Origin: Tubulanus polymorphus
Taxonomy: Eukaryota > Animalia > Nemertea
Direction: 5' to 3'
Length of the DNA: 64,000 nt
Assembly (NCBI RefSeq): GCF_964204645.1
Contig: NC_134034.1
Location: 8,878,962-8,942,961 of the forward strand
The stretch's first letter is position 1; every line of letters starts with the position of its first letter. The translations under genes were made by a program, and so were the position numbers. This document shows positions 50,101-60,665 of this stretch, one piece after another. The notes under the pieces are model-generated. The model worked only from the letters and a program-made list of their open reading frames with translations. It was not told where the DNA came from and made no database searches.

Positions 50101-53100
50101 TGTTTGAGTTGACTCACAGGTGGCAGCACTGTGCAGACACTGAATTGAACAGCACAATGGAAATCCATAGACAACGACGGACAACGGACAAAAAGTATCC
50201 ATACTTGTGTGACTAATTTCGTGTGTGGCTCGGAGAAACCACATAGATGCCTTTTAGACACATCACAGATGTTGCTTATGTGGTTAACCACCCAAGCACC
50301 AATGATGAGATTTTCCAAAACCTTAAGTGGTTATGTAGCCACATAACACACATTTCGTGAGAACGGACGGACGAACGGACGAACGGACGAACGAACGAAC
50401 GAACGAACGAACGAACGAACGAACGAACGAACGAACGAACGAACGAACGAACGAACGAACGAACGACAGCTCACCCCCTAACCCATTAGCTCCGCTGACC
50501 TTCGGTCACAGCGGAGCTAAAAATAAATCGCACGTGCACAACTGCATAACCATGAAAAATATACATGTGTAAAAAAAGAAGAGCCAACTGTTTAGGAGAT
50601 CTCCGGACAAGGTTGTGCCCACGGACGGACGCCTGATGCCGGATGACCTGACTCCACTTCATTGTGGGGGGTATAATAATAGAATAAGAGCCGAGTTGCT
50701 CATAGGTTGAAATGAATCAGTGATGGATTCATTGAAGAATGAAACCTTAGGCGCATTTGTTTGAAACCGGTTTGTACAAACCGGTTTATGAATGATCGAA
50801 ACCGGTTTTTACAAACCGGTTTATATCGGTTTATTGCGTCACAAACCGGTTTGCCATTGAGTGAACAAATGCCACAGAACGAAAAGTCGGTTTGAGTCAG
50901 CTGACCGCTGAAATCTCCTTATTCGGCCATGTTGAAAAGTCGGTTTGATGATGCAAACTCCCCGCAAAGCGGTTTATTCGGTTTGTTCAAAACGTTTAGG
51001 TTTACGCCTGAACAAAGACGCCGGTTTATGCAAACCGGTATGAACAAGGACCATTTTCCCGTGCAAACCGGTTTCAAACAAATGGGCCTCTTGTTACGGT
51101 GGTATTACGGATGGTTAACTTATTGTGGGGTTTGAACAGCTCTCCTCCTGTCAGATAGAAAATATTTACCTGGGCACATTTTTACATCGCAGTATTCCCA
51201 GCGTGTTGCTGGATCAGTGGTATAACACCAGGGTCCTTTCGGTGAATTGTCAGGGTTTCTACAATAATTGGCAGCCGTGTTCTTGTCAGAGAGCATGTCG
51301 TAACGGTTATGTCTATGAGGAGATTGAGATTTCCAGGCTTGACACATTTTACCGGAGTGTGCATGACTCAAAGTTCCTCTGTATTCTCTGCCCAACATAG
51401 TCCTTTTGCATTCATTAACTGAAATGAGTAACGCCGTAGAATCTTGACTGAGAAATTTAACAACAATTACTTAACAAAAGATAAGTTCCATGGTGTGTAT
51501 CGTCTAGGCTTGTGATTTGTCCACAACTATGTATTCAATGCATATTGGGAAACTTCCAAGATCATATGCATCAGTTATCTTGTGGAAATGATAAGATAAG
51601 GATGTTGTCTGTAAGAATAGTTGTAGGAAAGTAATATTCAAACAGGGCTTAGTTAACCAAACGTTGCTGGGAGCTCGCAGTCTCAAATGTTTGTGACGTT
51701 CTCAAAATGTATCAAAAATTTAACTTAATTTTTAGTTTCAAGTCCTGTAGTGCCGTAAAATCAACCTATGAACAGTTCGCAATGTTTTTTCGATATGGAT
51801 TTTTACCCAGGGCATATTTACGATGTTTACCTAGGGTTTATAGATTTTTTAGATTTCTACATAGGAAATTTTTACCCGGGGGATTTTTTTTGAACGGATG
51901 AAGGTATTTTGAGGGATATATTCTGGATTCGGGAATTTTAATTGTCCTTTCTAGCTATGGTAGAATTGCTCGTAGGTCGGATGGATGGACAAATTGGTGT
52001 GTACCGGTCTACAGTGTCTTTAATCAAATGTGTACAAACAGAAATATGAACCCCTATACCGGGTACAAATCAGAAGTTAAAACTAGGACAATGGCTGATT
52101 TGCAAACATAAAGGGGAAGATTTGTCTCATCACCCATGACCCACATAAGCCGGGGATCACATAGAAACAATTTGTCGGGGCCAAATTGGCTCGAATCAAT
52201 CCGACTTAAATTTTACTAATGGCTTACCAAAGAGCGTGCCGATTTTCATGTTCAAATTCATTTCACATTCAGATTCAAACCCATTCATTCGATACTAAAC
52301 AGTGCTTAAACTATGGAATCTAAAGCGAGTCCATACTTAAACCAGGGAAGTGTGATGAGTCTCATCACACTTCCCTGCTTAAACAAAGCGAAGTGACTGA
52401 CTTCCAGAACCAGTTTGAATAAACACGCTTAATTTGACTCAGGTCTGGTCCGTCGTTTTTGGTCGGGCACTTAGGCACGGGCCCATTTTGCAACCATTAC
52501 TGTTTTCTTTCGCCAGATCTATCCGTCCTACACTTTTTAACTTGATCTACATCATCCACGTATTTAAATTTCGATTTCTTCAGCTGCTGTTAATTTTATA
52601 CTCATGCAAAGCACACTGATTACAATTCGCAGCAGTGCGCTATATAATGAAATAAGTAATATTGATTATTTATATCAATATCAAGTGTGAATTTGCGGTT
52701 GAAAAATAATTGATTTGATTAACAATATAATTTGATCTGGACCTTCCAGCGTGAATCAATCAAGAAAAATTTAACTAGTCAAAGCCTCAAGATCAAGTCA
52801 AGAAAAGGGAAGATGCATTCTAACAACTGCTTGCGACGTGAAGACTATATTAGGCTCATTATTAGAACCTGCACGACAGCTATGTAACTTTCTAAAAATC
52901 ATTTGTCGCAGACCCTGAAATACCATGTATATTATCACTCAAATTGCCTAAATATCTCTGGTGTCGTCGCTATAGTATAATACTTATTAAAAACAATTAC
53001 ACCAATATAATCAATATGGTAACAGGTAAAAATCCTCCATAGGTAAAAATCCCCCCTTGTAAAATCCCCCCAAATTTGATTTCACAGCAATTATCAACAA

Positions 53101-56100
53101 AATACTTCAATATTCTTATATTGGAAAACCTATAGTAGTTTTTCAAAAATTTCAGATTTTCCGTGATGTTTTTCACAATATTCACCTTGGATAATCAATG
53201 ACTTTGACCAGGCTACGTGCATAAAAATGACATTATTCTGTGACTTTTAGCTTGTAACATGCATAAAAATGATATAATCGTATTTCTGAAAATACATATA
53301 AAGAAATCTAGTTTAAAAGTAATAATAAAATATCTGTGTACCTATATGTATTATCTAAGTATTAATGTAAAAAGTATTATCGGTTTTCATTTAGGTTTTC
53401 TACTTAAATTTGATAGAAAACTGAAATTGGGGGATTTTTACCTGGGGGATTTTTACCTACATTCAACTAATATATATACCTATCATTCTAAAAGCTCAGG
53501 TTTTTAGCGTTTAGTGGTTTGAAAGAACATTCATCCCAAGTAAATATTTCGAATATCAGAACCGGTCCATTTTCCTTCGTTTGACATTCAAAGGAATATT
53601 CCTCCCGAAGTCGATACTTTGAATATCAGACCTGAAGGTCAAATTCTCTTCGTTTGACATTGGGATGAATATTCCTCCTTAAGTCAATTGTTAGAATATC
53701 GGACCCCTTGGTTAAGCCTCCGTCGATTTGAACTTGAACTTGAACTTGATTGACTTTGGGAGGAATATTCCATTTAGGAATATTCCTCCCAAGGTCAATT
53801 TTTTACAATAGCGGTCCTCTTAATTGGTGACACTCAAAGAACGCGTGGCTCAGATACTATTTTGCGCCTAATCAGATACTATTGTGCGCGGCTTAGATAC
53901 TATTGTGCGCATAATCACTCACGTAATCGTTTCTGTAAATGTGAAGACCTCGGGGGCATTATGTTCTCTAAAGCCCGACATTATCCCACATTCCGGACTG
54001 TTAATAGGTTGATTTTACGGCATGTCGACATGTTTCAACATTTTTTAACTGTTCATTTATGAATATTTGAGGACTTATGAGTAATTGGAATATCAGGGGT
54101 TCAGATCAGAGAACGTGAGAACGACACAACAAACGCAGTCTCAAATGTTTTGTGACTTTCTCAAAATGTATCAAAAATTTAAGTAATTTTTAGTTCATAA
54201 GTCTTCAAATATTCATAAATGAACAGTTAAAAATTGTTGAAACATGTCGACTCAGCCGTAAAATCAACCCATTCACAGTCCCGAATGTGGGATAATGTCG
54301 GGCTTTAGAGAACATTATACCCCCGAGGTCTTCACATTTACAGATAAGATTATGTAAGCATGTCGCGCGTTACACCGGATAGGCACACAATAGAAATATG
54401 AGCCGCACGTTCATTTGATCATCACCAATTAAGAGGACCACTATTGTGAAAATTGACTGCGGAAGGAATATTCCTCCCAAAGAATACAAAAAGGCACAAT
54501 TTTTCTGCGTCGTAGTATGCTTGACGTAGGTTACAGCCCATTGTGCCCCTTGATTTTAAGCATCTAACCTCCTAGCATATTTACCTGGACACATTCTTAC
54601 GTCGCAGTATTCCCAGCGTGTCGCGGGATCAGTGGTATAACACCAGGGTCCTTTTGGTGAATTGTCGGGATTCCTACAATAATTCGCAGCCGTGTTCTTG
54701 TCGGAGAGCATGTCGTACCGGTTATGCGTGTGAGGCGATTGCGAATTCCAGGCTTGACACGTTTTACCGGATCGGACTTGGTTCAAAATTCCTCTGTATT
54801 CTCTACCCAACCTAGTCGTTTTACATTCTCTAACTGAAATATTTTACGGCGTAGATCTTAGCTTAGGAGAAATATAACTGCATTATTTGACAAGCACACA
54901 TAGATTAGCTTTCTTTAGACGATTCACCGTTTCCTAATAGTAATTTTTAGTAATAGGAAATAAATCAATTCAATAATTCATTCGTTCATTCATTGATTTA
55001 TTTGTAACAGCAGCTATGGAGCTATTTAGAACAATTTCCCAGTTCCTGGTATCATCACCGGATTATGTTTGAACCGAGCTAATTCGGCCTCGAAAAACAA
55101 TTTAGGTCTGGGGTCGCCAATTTTATAAATCATTGTTTTAATATCGGATCAGCATATGGTTTTCATGTTAGTTACAGTTGCTACCAGGGACAATTATCAC
55201 TTTCTCAAAAATTATTGAATTATTATCAGAAAAAGGCGACTTCAGACGGTTGCTGTTACCATGAAAGGGAATTTCGATATAGTTATCGCTCGCGTGACGT
55301 GGCAGTTTCGCGAGTGCCTATATAAGGAGTGTCCCCGAAATCTAGAGAGAGACACCGGGAGACGAGAACGGATTGAGAGCGAATTAATAAAAGCATATTA
55401 TCTCACTGAAGAAGATTCTCCCGACTTTCATTCTATCATTAGGAACTGTGTTCAGTACTCTGTGTTCAGTACTCTGTGTTCAGTACGATGACCATTGGGA
55501 TAGAATAGAACGGCGAAATAAGATACGTCATGTATAGTTCGATGAAAAACTTTCAGTCTTTTCCTTTTCTGTATTGAGGGATCTGTCGTATAATAGCCCC
55601 TAACTTTCGAATAATTGATCTAGGTAACAGCCTCTCGTGCCCCTTAATTATAAGCATCTTACCTCCTAATAGATAGAGCATATTTACCTGGACACATTCT
55701 TACGTCGCAATATTCCCAGCGTGTTGTAGGATCAGTAGTATAACACCAGGGTCCCCCTGGTTCATTATCAGGGTTTCTACAATAATTCGAAGTCGTGCCC
55801 TTGTCGAGGTTGAACCGATCATGTTTGTGAGGTGATTGAGATTTCCAGGCTTGACACATTTTACCGGATCGCGTTCGACTCAAAGTTCCTCTGTATCCGT
55901 TGCCCAATTGGGTCCTTTTACATTCTTTATCTGAAATGTGTGAATAGGGTCGGTACTGGAGCAGTATAAGTCTGAACAAAATAAACTGACTCTCTATTTT
56001 CTCAATTCAAACCGCATTGTTACCCTATCGCCGTCTAAATCCGTTCGTTAAAACCAGGACTGATACTCAATCACTGTACATTGAAACTTACCGTTGTTAT

Positions 56101-56164
56101 ACTGCGATGGTGTGCATGACGTAACCATTAGTAGCGTGGCTCCCAGGATTGGGAAATAAATCAT
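38179..56164 (-). CDS. Secreted protein: signal peptide + 3 kringle domains + WSC domain (~366 aa)
   Basis: Exons 56164-56092 (MIYFPILGATLLMVTSCTPSQYNN), 55930-55688, 54833-54585, 51418-51170 (each a 6-Cys kringle with NYCRNPD and PWCYT), 38706-38590 and 38348-38179 (WSC: YAGCF.D, MTIEKCISIC, FAGLQY, CFCG, CNMKC.G, CGG). All introns GT-AG phase 1; total 1101 nt, open. Confidence 0.88.
38920..39392. mobile_element. Penelope-like element remnant with inverted terminal segment
   Basis: GIY-YIG C-terminal signature SAIGQH...FKILD...IIEALSIK..QPSLN; 60-bp inverted repeat 39161-39220/39333-39392; degenerate hammerhead-like ctgaagga...gaaa on minus at ~38930-38960. Confidence 0.75.
39389..39426. 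repeat. (ACGG)n microsatellite, left flank of the Crypton
   Basis: About nine ACGG units ending at the element terminus. Confidence 0.95.
40235..47649 (-). pseudogene. Crypton tyrosine recombinase with PWWP-like N-terminus, 13-aa repeat, zinc fingers and C-terminal SANT-like segment
   Basis: Exon 47649-47527 MAEKYGWSQLKGIPRGVYWPVRIVS; large exon ~46495-43383 (repeat; CLYCGK..H...H; PCPHC; FNRRRSGE); 43003-42880 (VRGK); ~42393-42275 (ITSVTIRKYTAT); ~42056-41858 (HLGHT..VNIEHY); final exon RQKWS..E. One 1-nt deletion near 45055 and an in-frame TGA at 44666-44668. Confidence 0.85.
44920..46460 (-). repeat. Coding minisatellite, 39-bp unit (~39 copies), 13-aa repeat SQMTEATVV(G/C)(A/T)D(Y/S/C)
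   Basis: Periodicity is direct in the DNA and in ORF 44992-46491. Confidence 0.95.
47720..48550. repeat. Minisatellite within the Crypton 5' region, 102-108-bp unit, ~8 copies
   Basis: ttaagtggttattgtccatgtctta...ccatacttaagtgaccctagcgtttaagattatcctgg recurs. Confidence 0.92.
50362..50524. mobile_element. HINE-like tail: (GGAC/GAAC)n microsatellite plus terminal hairpin; right flank of the Crypton
   Basis: Microsatellite 50362-50465, then tagctccgctg-accttcggtca-cagcggagcta and an A-run. Confidence 0.75.
50750..51088. mobile_element. Harbinger-type MITE
   Basis: ggcgcatttgtttgaaaccggtttg ... caaaccggtttcaaacaaatgggcc; many internal aaaccggttt motifs; target duplication not conserved. Confidence 0.75.
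52343..52377. mobile_element. 35-bp TIR-only remnant with 7-bp target duplication (putative P-element excision footprint)
   Basis: cttaaac | cagggaagtgtgatgag t ctcatcacacttccctg | cttaaac. Confidence 0.75.
53024..53459. mobile_element. MITE-like element with repeated ggtaaaaatcc / ggatttttacc ends
   Basis: Tandem ggtaaaaatcc motifs at left are inverted as gggggatttttacc twice at right. Confidence 0.5.
53780..54480. repeat. Large inverted repeat (~300-bp arms, ~100-bp spacer) in intron
   Basis: gtcctcttaattggtga...gtgaagacctcgggg...gaatatttga mirrored by tcaaatattc...ccccgaggtcttcac...tcaccaattaagaggac. Confidence 0.85.
55254..55438 (+). mobile_element. Possible short solo LTR
   Basis: TG...CA ends, internal tatataag and aataaa in LTR order; no target duplication found. 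Confidence 0.4.
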
Positions 56165-59100
56165 CTAAAATGATAAACACGGTATCGTCTAATATTTGCC
56201 AGTCTGCTAAGACTGAAAGGGGCCTACTACTACCTACTACTACCCGTGTACAGCACGTCAAGTGTTTTTAGCCAATATCCAGATGTTTCGAATCCACTTC
56301 CCGTGGAGACGAGGTCACTCACCTGAACATGCTATGTGCCCGTGGATGCGACAGGTAACTGAGGTATGGGTAGCGATCGAATATAGTCCAGTTAGAACTA
56401 GATATAGGCGTAGCGTCTCCGATACCTCCGCACACACAATTTCAGAGAAAATTCATTGACAACGACATTTGCAAATCTCCCCGATTAGGTACCAGTTTCA
56501 TGACCACATGTGCACTCAGGACACAATTTGGAAATGTTTTTGAGAGTTACACGCGCCATTAGGGTGTTTCTCAATCATGTTGCCGATTTTCAACACAGCC
56601 TCCCGTGGCCATATTTCGAAGTCCAGACACGTCAATTTCAATATAGCAATTTACTATAGATCAATCATTGCGCGTACAAATTTAAGAACAAAAGACAGTT
56701 AAGAATTTAAGGCTCTTATCGCGTCAGTGTTGTTTTTCGACCCGAACCCCTGGTACGTAACTAGATCTGTTACCCAAATAAGTTTAAATTTCAATACGAA
56801 TGTACATTTCACCAATTTCTCCCTTGTACAATGTAATTAGAAACAATGGAATTAATCATATTTAATTAATCATTTACGACATGGATGAAATATAGAAAGT
56901 TTTGCCGAGAAGCAGTATAAAAGCCCGATCAATGTCGAAGATGGCAGCATAGTGGATTACTTTACGATTGAAACTGCCATTTCTCTGTTATCTCTTTCAG
57001 ATCATCGATTTTGGTCATCCTTTTTGTCTGGCATATATAATGTGTGTATACATTTCATTTCTACAGTCGAAGTATCTTGTAGGCCCTCCTCTGTGAAATA
57101 TTAAGCAATTTGTTGGTTATAATGACATTAAGGGAGGACGTATCTACGGTACAGCTTAAGAGTGAATTGCAGACGAAACATGAAGCCATAATGGCCGTTT
57201 AAATAAACATTATAGCAATTACAATTGAAAGATAATAATGATATACAAATTAAGTTAAAATTATGGCTATTTCTAAAATTATATTACTTATTTGTACTAT
57301 ATAGTCAGTGCGGAACGTTTGGTTTTGGAACAATAATGAGGGGTGGTAGGTAGTCATTCAATTCAAGTGATGATTTACCACATGTTACTTCCGTGTTGTT
57401 GTAAATCTTGCGAGAATGGCGCAACATTGAAACTGGCAATAAGTGCCAAATATCATACGTATTTCTTTTTGCACATATTCAAAATTTATCCGCTATAAAG
57501 TGCCAATAAACAATTTCATGTCTCGATCAGTATGTTTGGCCGCGACAGTTGCCTGGGACGCGATTTTTTTTCACAAGACAGTGAGTTTCCGCCATCTTGT
57601 TTGCAGTGCGCAAGCTACTCATTCTGTTTGTAAACCCAATCCACACATGTGCACTACACTCGCTTATCAGCGTTCGCGGCTCTCAACCTACAAACGAAAC
57701 AGCGTCACATAGCCTACCTTGGCACCTTTCTTCGATTTTACATCTACATAAGTAAATCAATTTTCTGACAGCGCTTTCGCATTTTTTAATCTAGTGTATC
57801 TAGTGTTTCAACATGTTTATCATCACATCAGAGGACCTCCATCGGTTAAGATGGATTCGATTAAAACAAAAGAAATTCTGTAAATTCGACCACCGATCAC
57901 ACAACTACATCTGTACTTCGATTTACGAAGATGGAACTTTAGACATATGAAAAAATTTTGAAATATTGATTTTTGTCGCGTATGTTATTCATCTATTTCA
58001 ACTCCTAAACTTTTAGAAGTTCATTAAAGAAACAGTCGTAATGCCTTCAAATGATAGCACATGCGGTCGGCCGCACCGCACGGCCGAACACTTGAAAAAT
58101 TACTTAGTATCTCGTACGATGATGAGTGATCGAAAATAAAAGATGGAATCTAAATCATTCGATTCTTTCAAAGAGATGCATTGGGCAATGTGGTTTGGAA
58201 ATAAACTGATTTTCTAATTACCTCATTTCACATGTCGCCAGCCTCTCCCTGGACGTATTAACTACATCGAATTATAATCGTTGTGATCTGTGTGCTGAGC
58301 AAAAATGCACACAGATCAGACTACACTACACAATCAACCCCCAACTACCCACTGCTTTGATTTATCCATCCTATTATCTGGTGTGTTTCCCTGGATATGA
58401 AGATGTTATGAAATTGTCAAATTGGCTGTTTATGACCTACAGCTACTGTTGTGAGCCTTCTGTATTCACTATAAACATTATTGCCAAGATAGCTACCGTA
58501 TTTATTGGGACGGCCGATTTCAAGTGTTTGCCAACCGGTGACCTATAGTTGTTCAGTGTGTAAACACCGTTCGTTTTCAAAAAATCATGGTAATTTTTAC
58601 TTCCAGGCTAGTGCTGTACAGACGGATTTTGCCGATTTTTTTCAGATTAATCGCACGATTAAACAATCTTAACGGCAAATCTTTCTCAAACCACTCGGTC
58701 TAACGCAGAAATTCGTTATCTCTAAGAATAATCTTACTTAAAGCGGATTGGATTAGTAATAATGAAGTGCACGATACACGTATCGACCGATGTGACGGAG
58801 ATTTGGCTCCCTTGTCTTTTTATATATAGTACGTAGGATACTTGGATCAAAAACGGGTCCATGTGGTACAATGTAACGTAATACGATACAGTATTTTGCA
58901 AATATGACATGACACAATAGTCTTTATTTGCAAACGATACATGAACATGAACATATGTGCAGTTAATTGAATATTTTTTGCGGACCGAGCAAAGGCCAAA
59001 GGTTTCTTAACGCTCGCCACTAGAGATTAAAAGAAGCGTGAAAACCAAAACGAAGATTCAGCATTTCACAGAAATACAAGTTGATGACTGGGAAGGTATA

Positions 59101-59789
59101 CGGAAATATAGTTATTCATGTAGCAATCAGTGTAATCATATTGCCTCGGTTGATATAGATTGCGATAGGTTCGAATTATATTGGGAACAGGTTTTTTGGG
59201 CAAAGTAATTTTTAAGAAATGAAAAGGTACCTTCTACCAATTGGTATGGAAAATACATTTTAAAGTTCATCAGTTACAATTAAAACAAAATTCGTAATAT
59301 GGAAAGTAAGTTTACATGAGTGTATGTATAATCCAGCATAAAGATTTAAAAAATCGGATTGCGAGTGGACAATTCAATTCAATATTTTATTGACACAACT
59401 TTGTCGGCAAATATGTACAGGGGTGCTAAACATTTGCCTTTCTTACGGGGCTTTTCTCAGTCGATCGATTTTGGAAAACTTCAGTTTCTTCTCTATTTGA
59501 TAGATTTATCATCTTTACTGAGGTATGTATATAAGAATATCTAAATTTATAGAAAGTCTCCGTTACCATTGACTTGTCAACTATCATTCTTATTTATTCG
59601 TATTTATTTATTTCCTGAATAATTTACATCAATAAATAAATACCAGACAAAATTACAATAGATGATTAATTTGGTTCATACAAAATATATATAAACTGAT
59701 GTAAAATAACAGCAGGGCAACCAGAGGAAAGCAGAGCTTGTAATATCAGGCACCCCAAAAGGAACAAATAGAGATGAAATACGCACGAT

Positions 59790-59925
59790 ACACACAAACA
59801 CACACACACGCACACACACTCGCAAGCAAGCAGCACACACGCACACACCAAAATACCCACCACATATAAGAAAACCACACACATATATTCACACACATTT
59901 ACAAGTAGACACACACACACACACA
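59790..59925. repeat. Imperfect (CA)n microsatellite
   Basis: Interrupted CA runs, probably within the LINE 3' UTR. Confidence 0.8.
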
Positions 59926-60078
59926 AATGTATACATATAAATACATAAAGTTATACCTCGGAGTTTATTCCAAGGTTATACATACATCATATGAGCATAA
60001 GTAAGTACCATTTGAGAAGGTCATTGCACCTTATACATAATTATCATTATTATTATTTTCATGAATAAACTGTAACGA

Positions 60079-60665
60079 TTAATAATGAGAAAGTAAAAGG
60101 TTTTTTGTTCGATTTTTGAAACTTTCAATAGAAGGGGAGTTTTTAATTGAATCATTCATAACATTCCAAATATTTGGACCGTTGACTTTTATTGAAAAAC
60201 CTTTTAGATTTGATTTGAATGAGTCAGGGCGGATGTTGTTGCTGTTTCTAGTGTTGTATCCAACGTCATTCGTCTTAAAAAAATTATTGAACATCTCAGG
60301 TAACTTGTTATTGACATATAGATACATGAATTGTCCAATTTGAAAATTGTTTATATCTGCCAATTTAAGAATTTTTGCAGACTTAAATAATGGTGAGGTA
60401 TGGGCTCTAAAATCGGTTTTAAAGATAATGCGGACCGCTTTCTTCTGGAGAAGTTCCAGCTTTCTTAAGTTTGAAGGATAAGTATTACCCCATACAATAT
60501 TACAATAGGTGAGATGGCAATAAATGAAAGAATAATACAACTGCAGTAAAGTTGTTTTTGACAAAATTCCATAAAGTCTACCCATTATACCAATGAACCG
60601 TGATAGTTTAGTACAGATGCTATTAATGTGTGACTTCCAAGTAAGCTGGTCGTCAACTTGAACGC
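60079..60665 (-). mobile_element. 5'-truncated L2/CR1-group LINE, ORF2 C-terminus
   Basis: VDDQLTWKSHI..IC.KLSR, LYYSFIYCHLTYCNIVWG, LQKKAVRII, HTSPLF, YNTR, GPNIWN, FK...LL. Confidence 0.88.

Larger units (their letters stand above)
39426..50361 (-). mobile_element. Crypton (CryptonV-like) tyrosine-recombinase DNA transposon, ~10.9 kb
   Basis: Termini CTAACGAAATG / CATTTCGTGAG (10 of 11 inverted match), subterminal tatgtggcta/tagccacata, microsatellite on both flanks, spliced YR gene inside, no reverse transcriptase. Confidence 0.85.

Noticed and set aside
50357-50572. ORF with TNER repeats
   Set aside because: Translation of the (GAAC)n microsatellite.
51170-55930. Plasminogen, HGF or Kremen ortholog
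   Set aside because: No protease, PAN, CUB or transmembrane domain; orthology cannot be assigned, so no gene symbol is given.
59666-59926. Hydrophobic Cys/Val-rich ORFs
   Set aside because: Translation of a (CA)n/(TG)n microsatellite.
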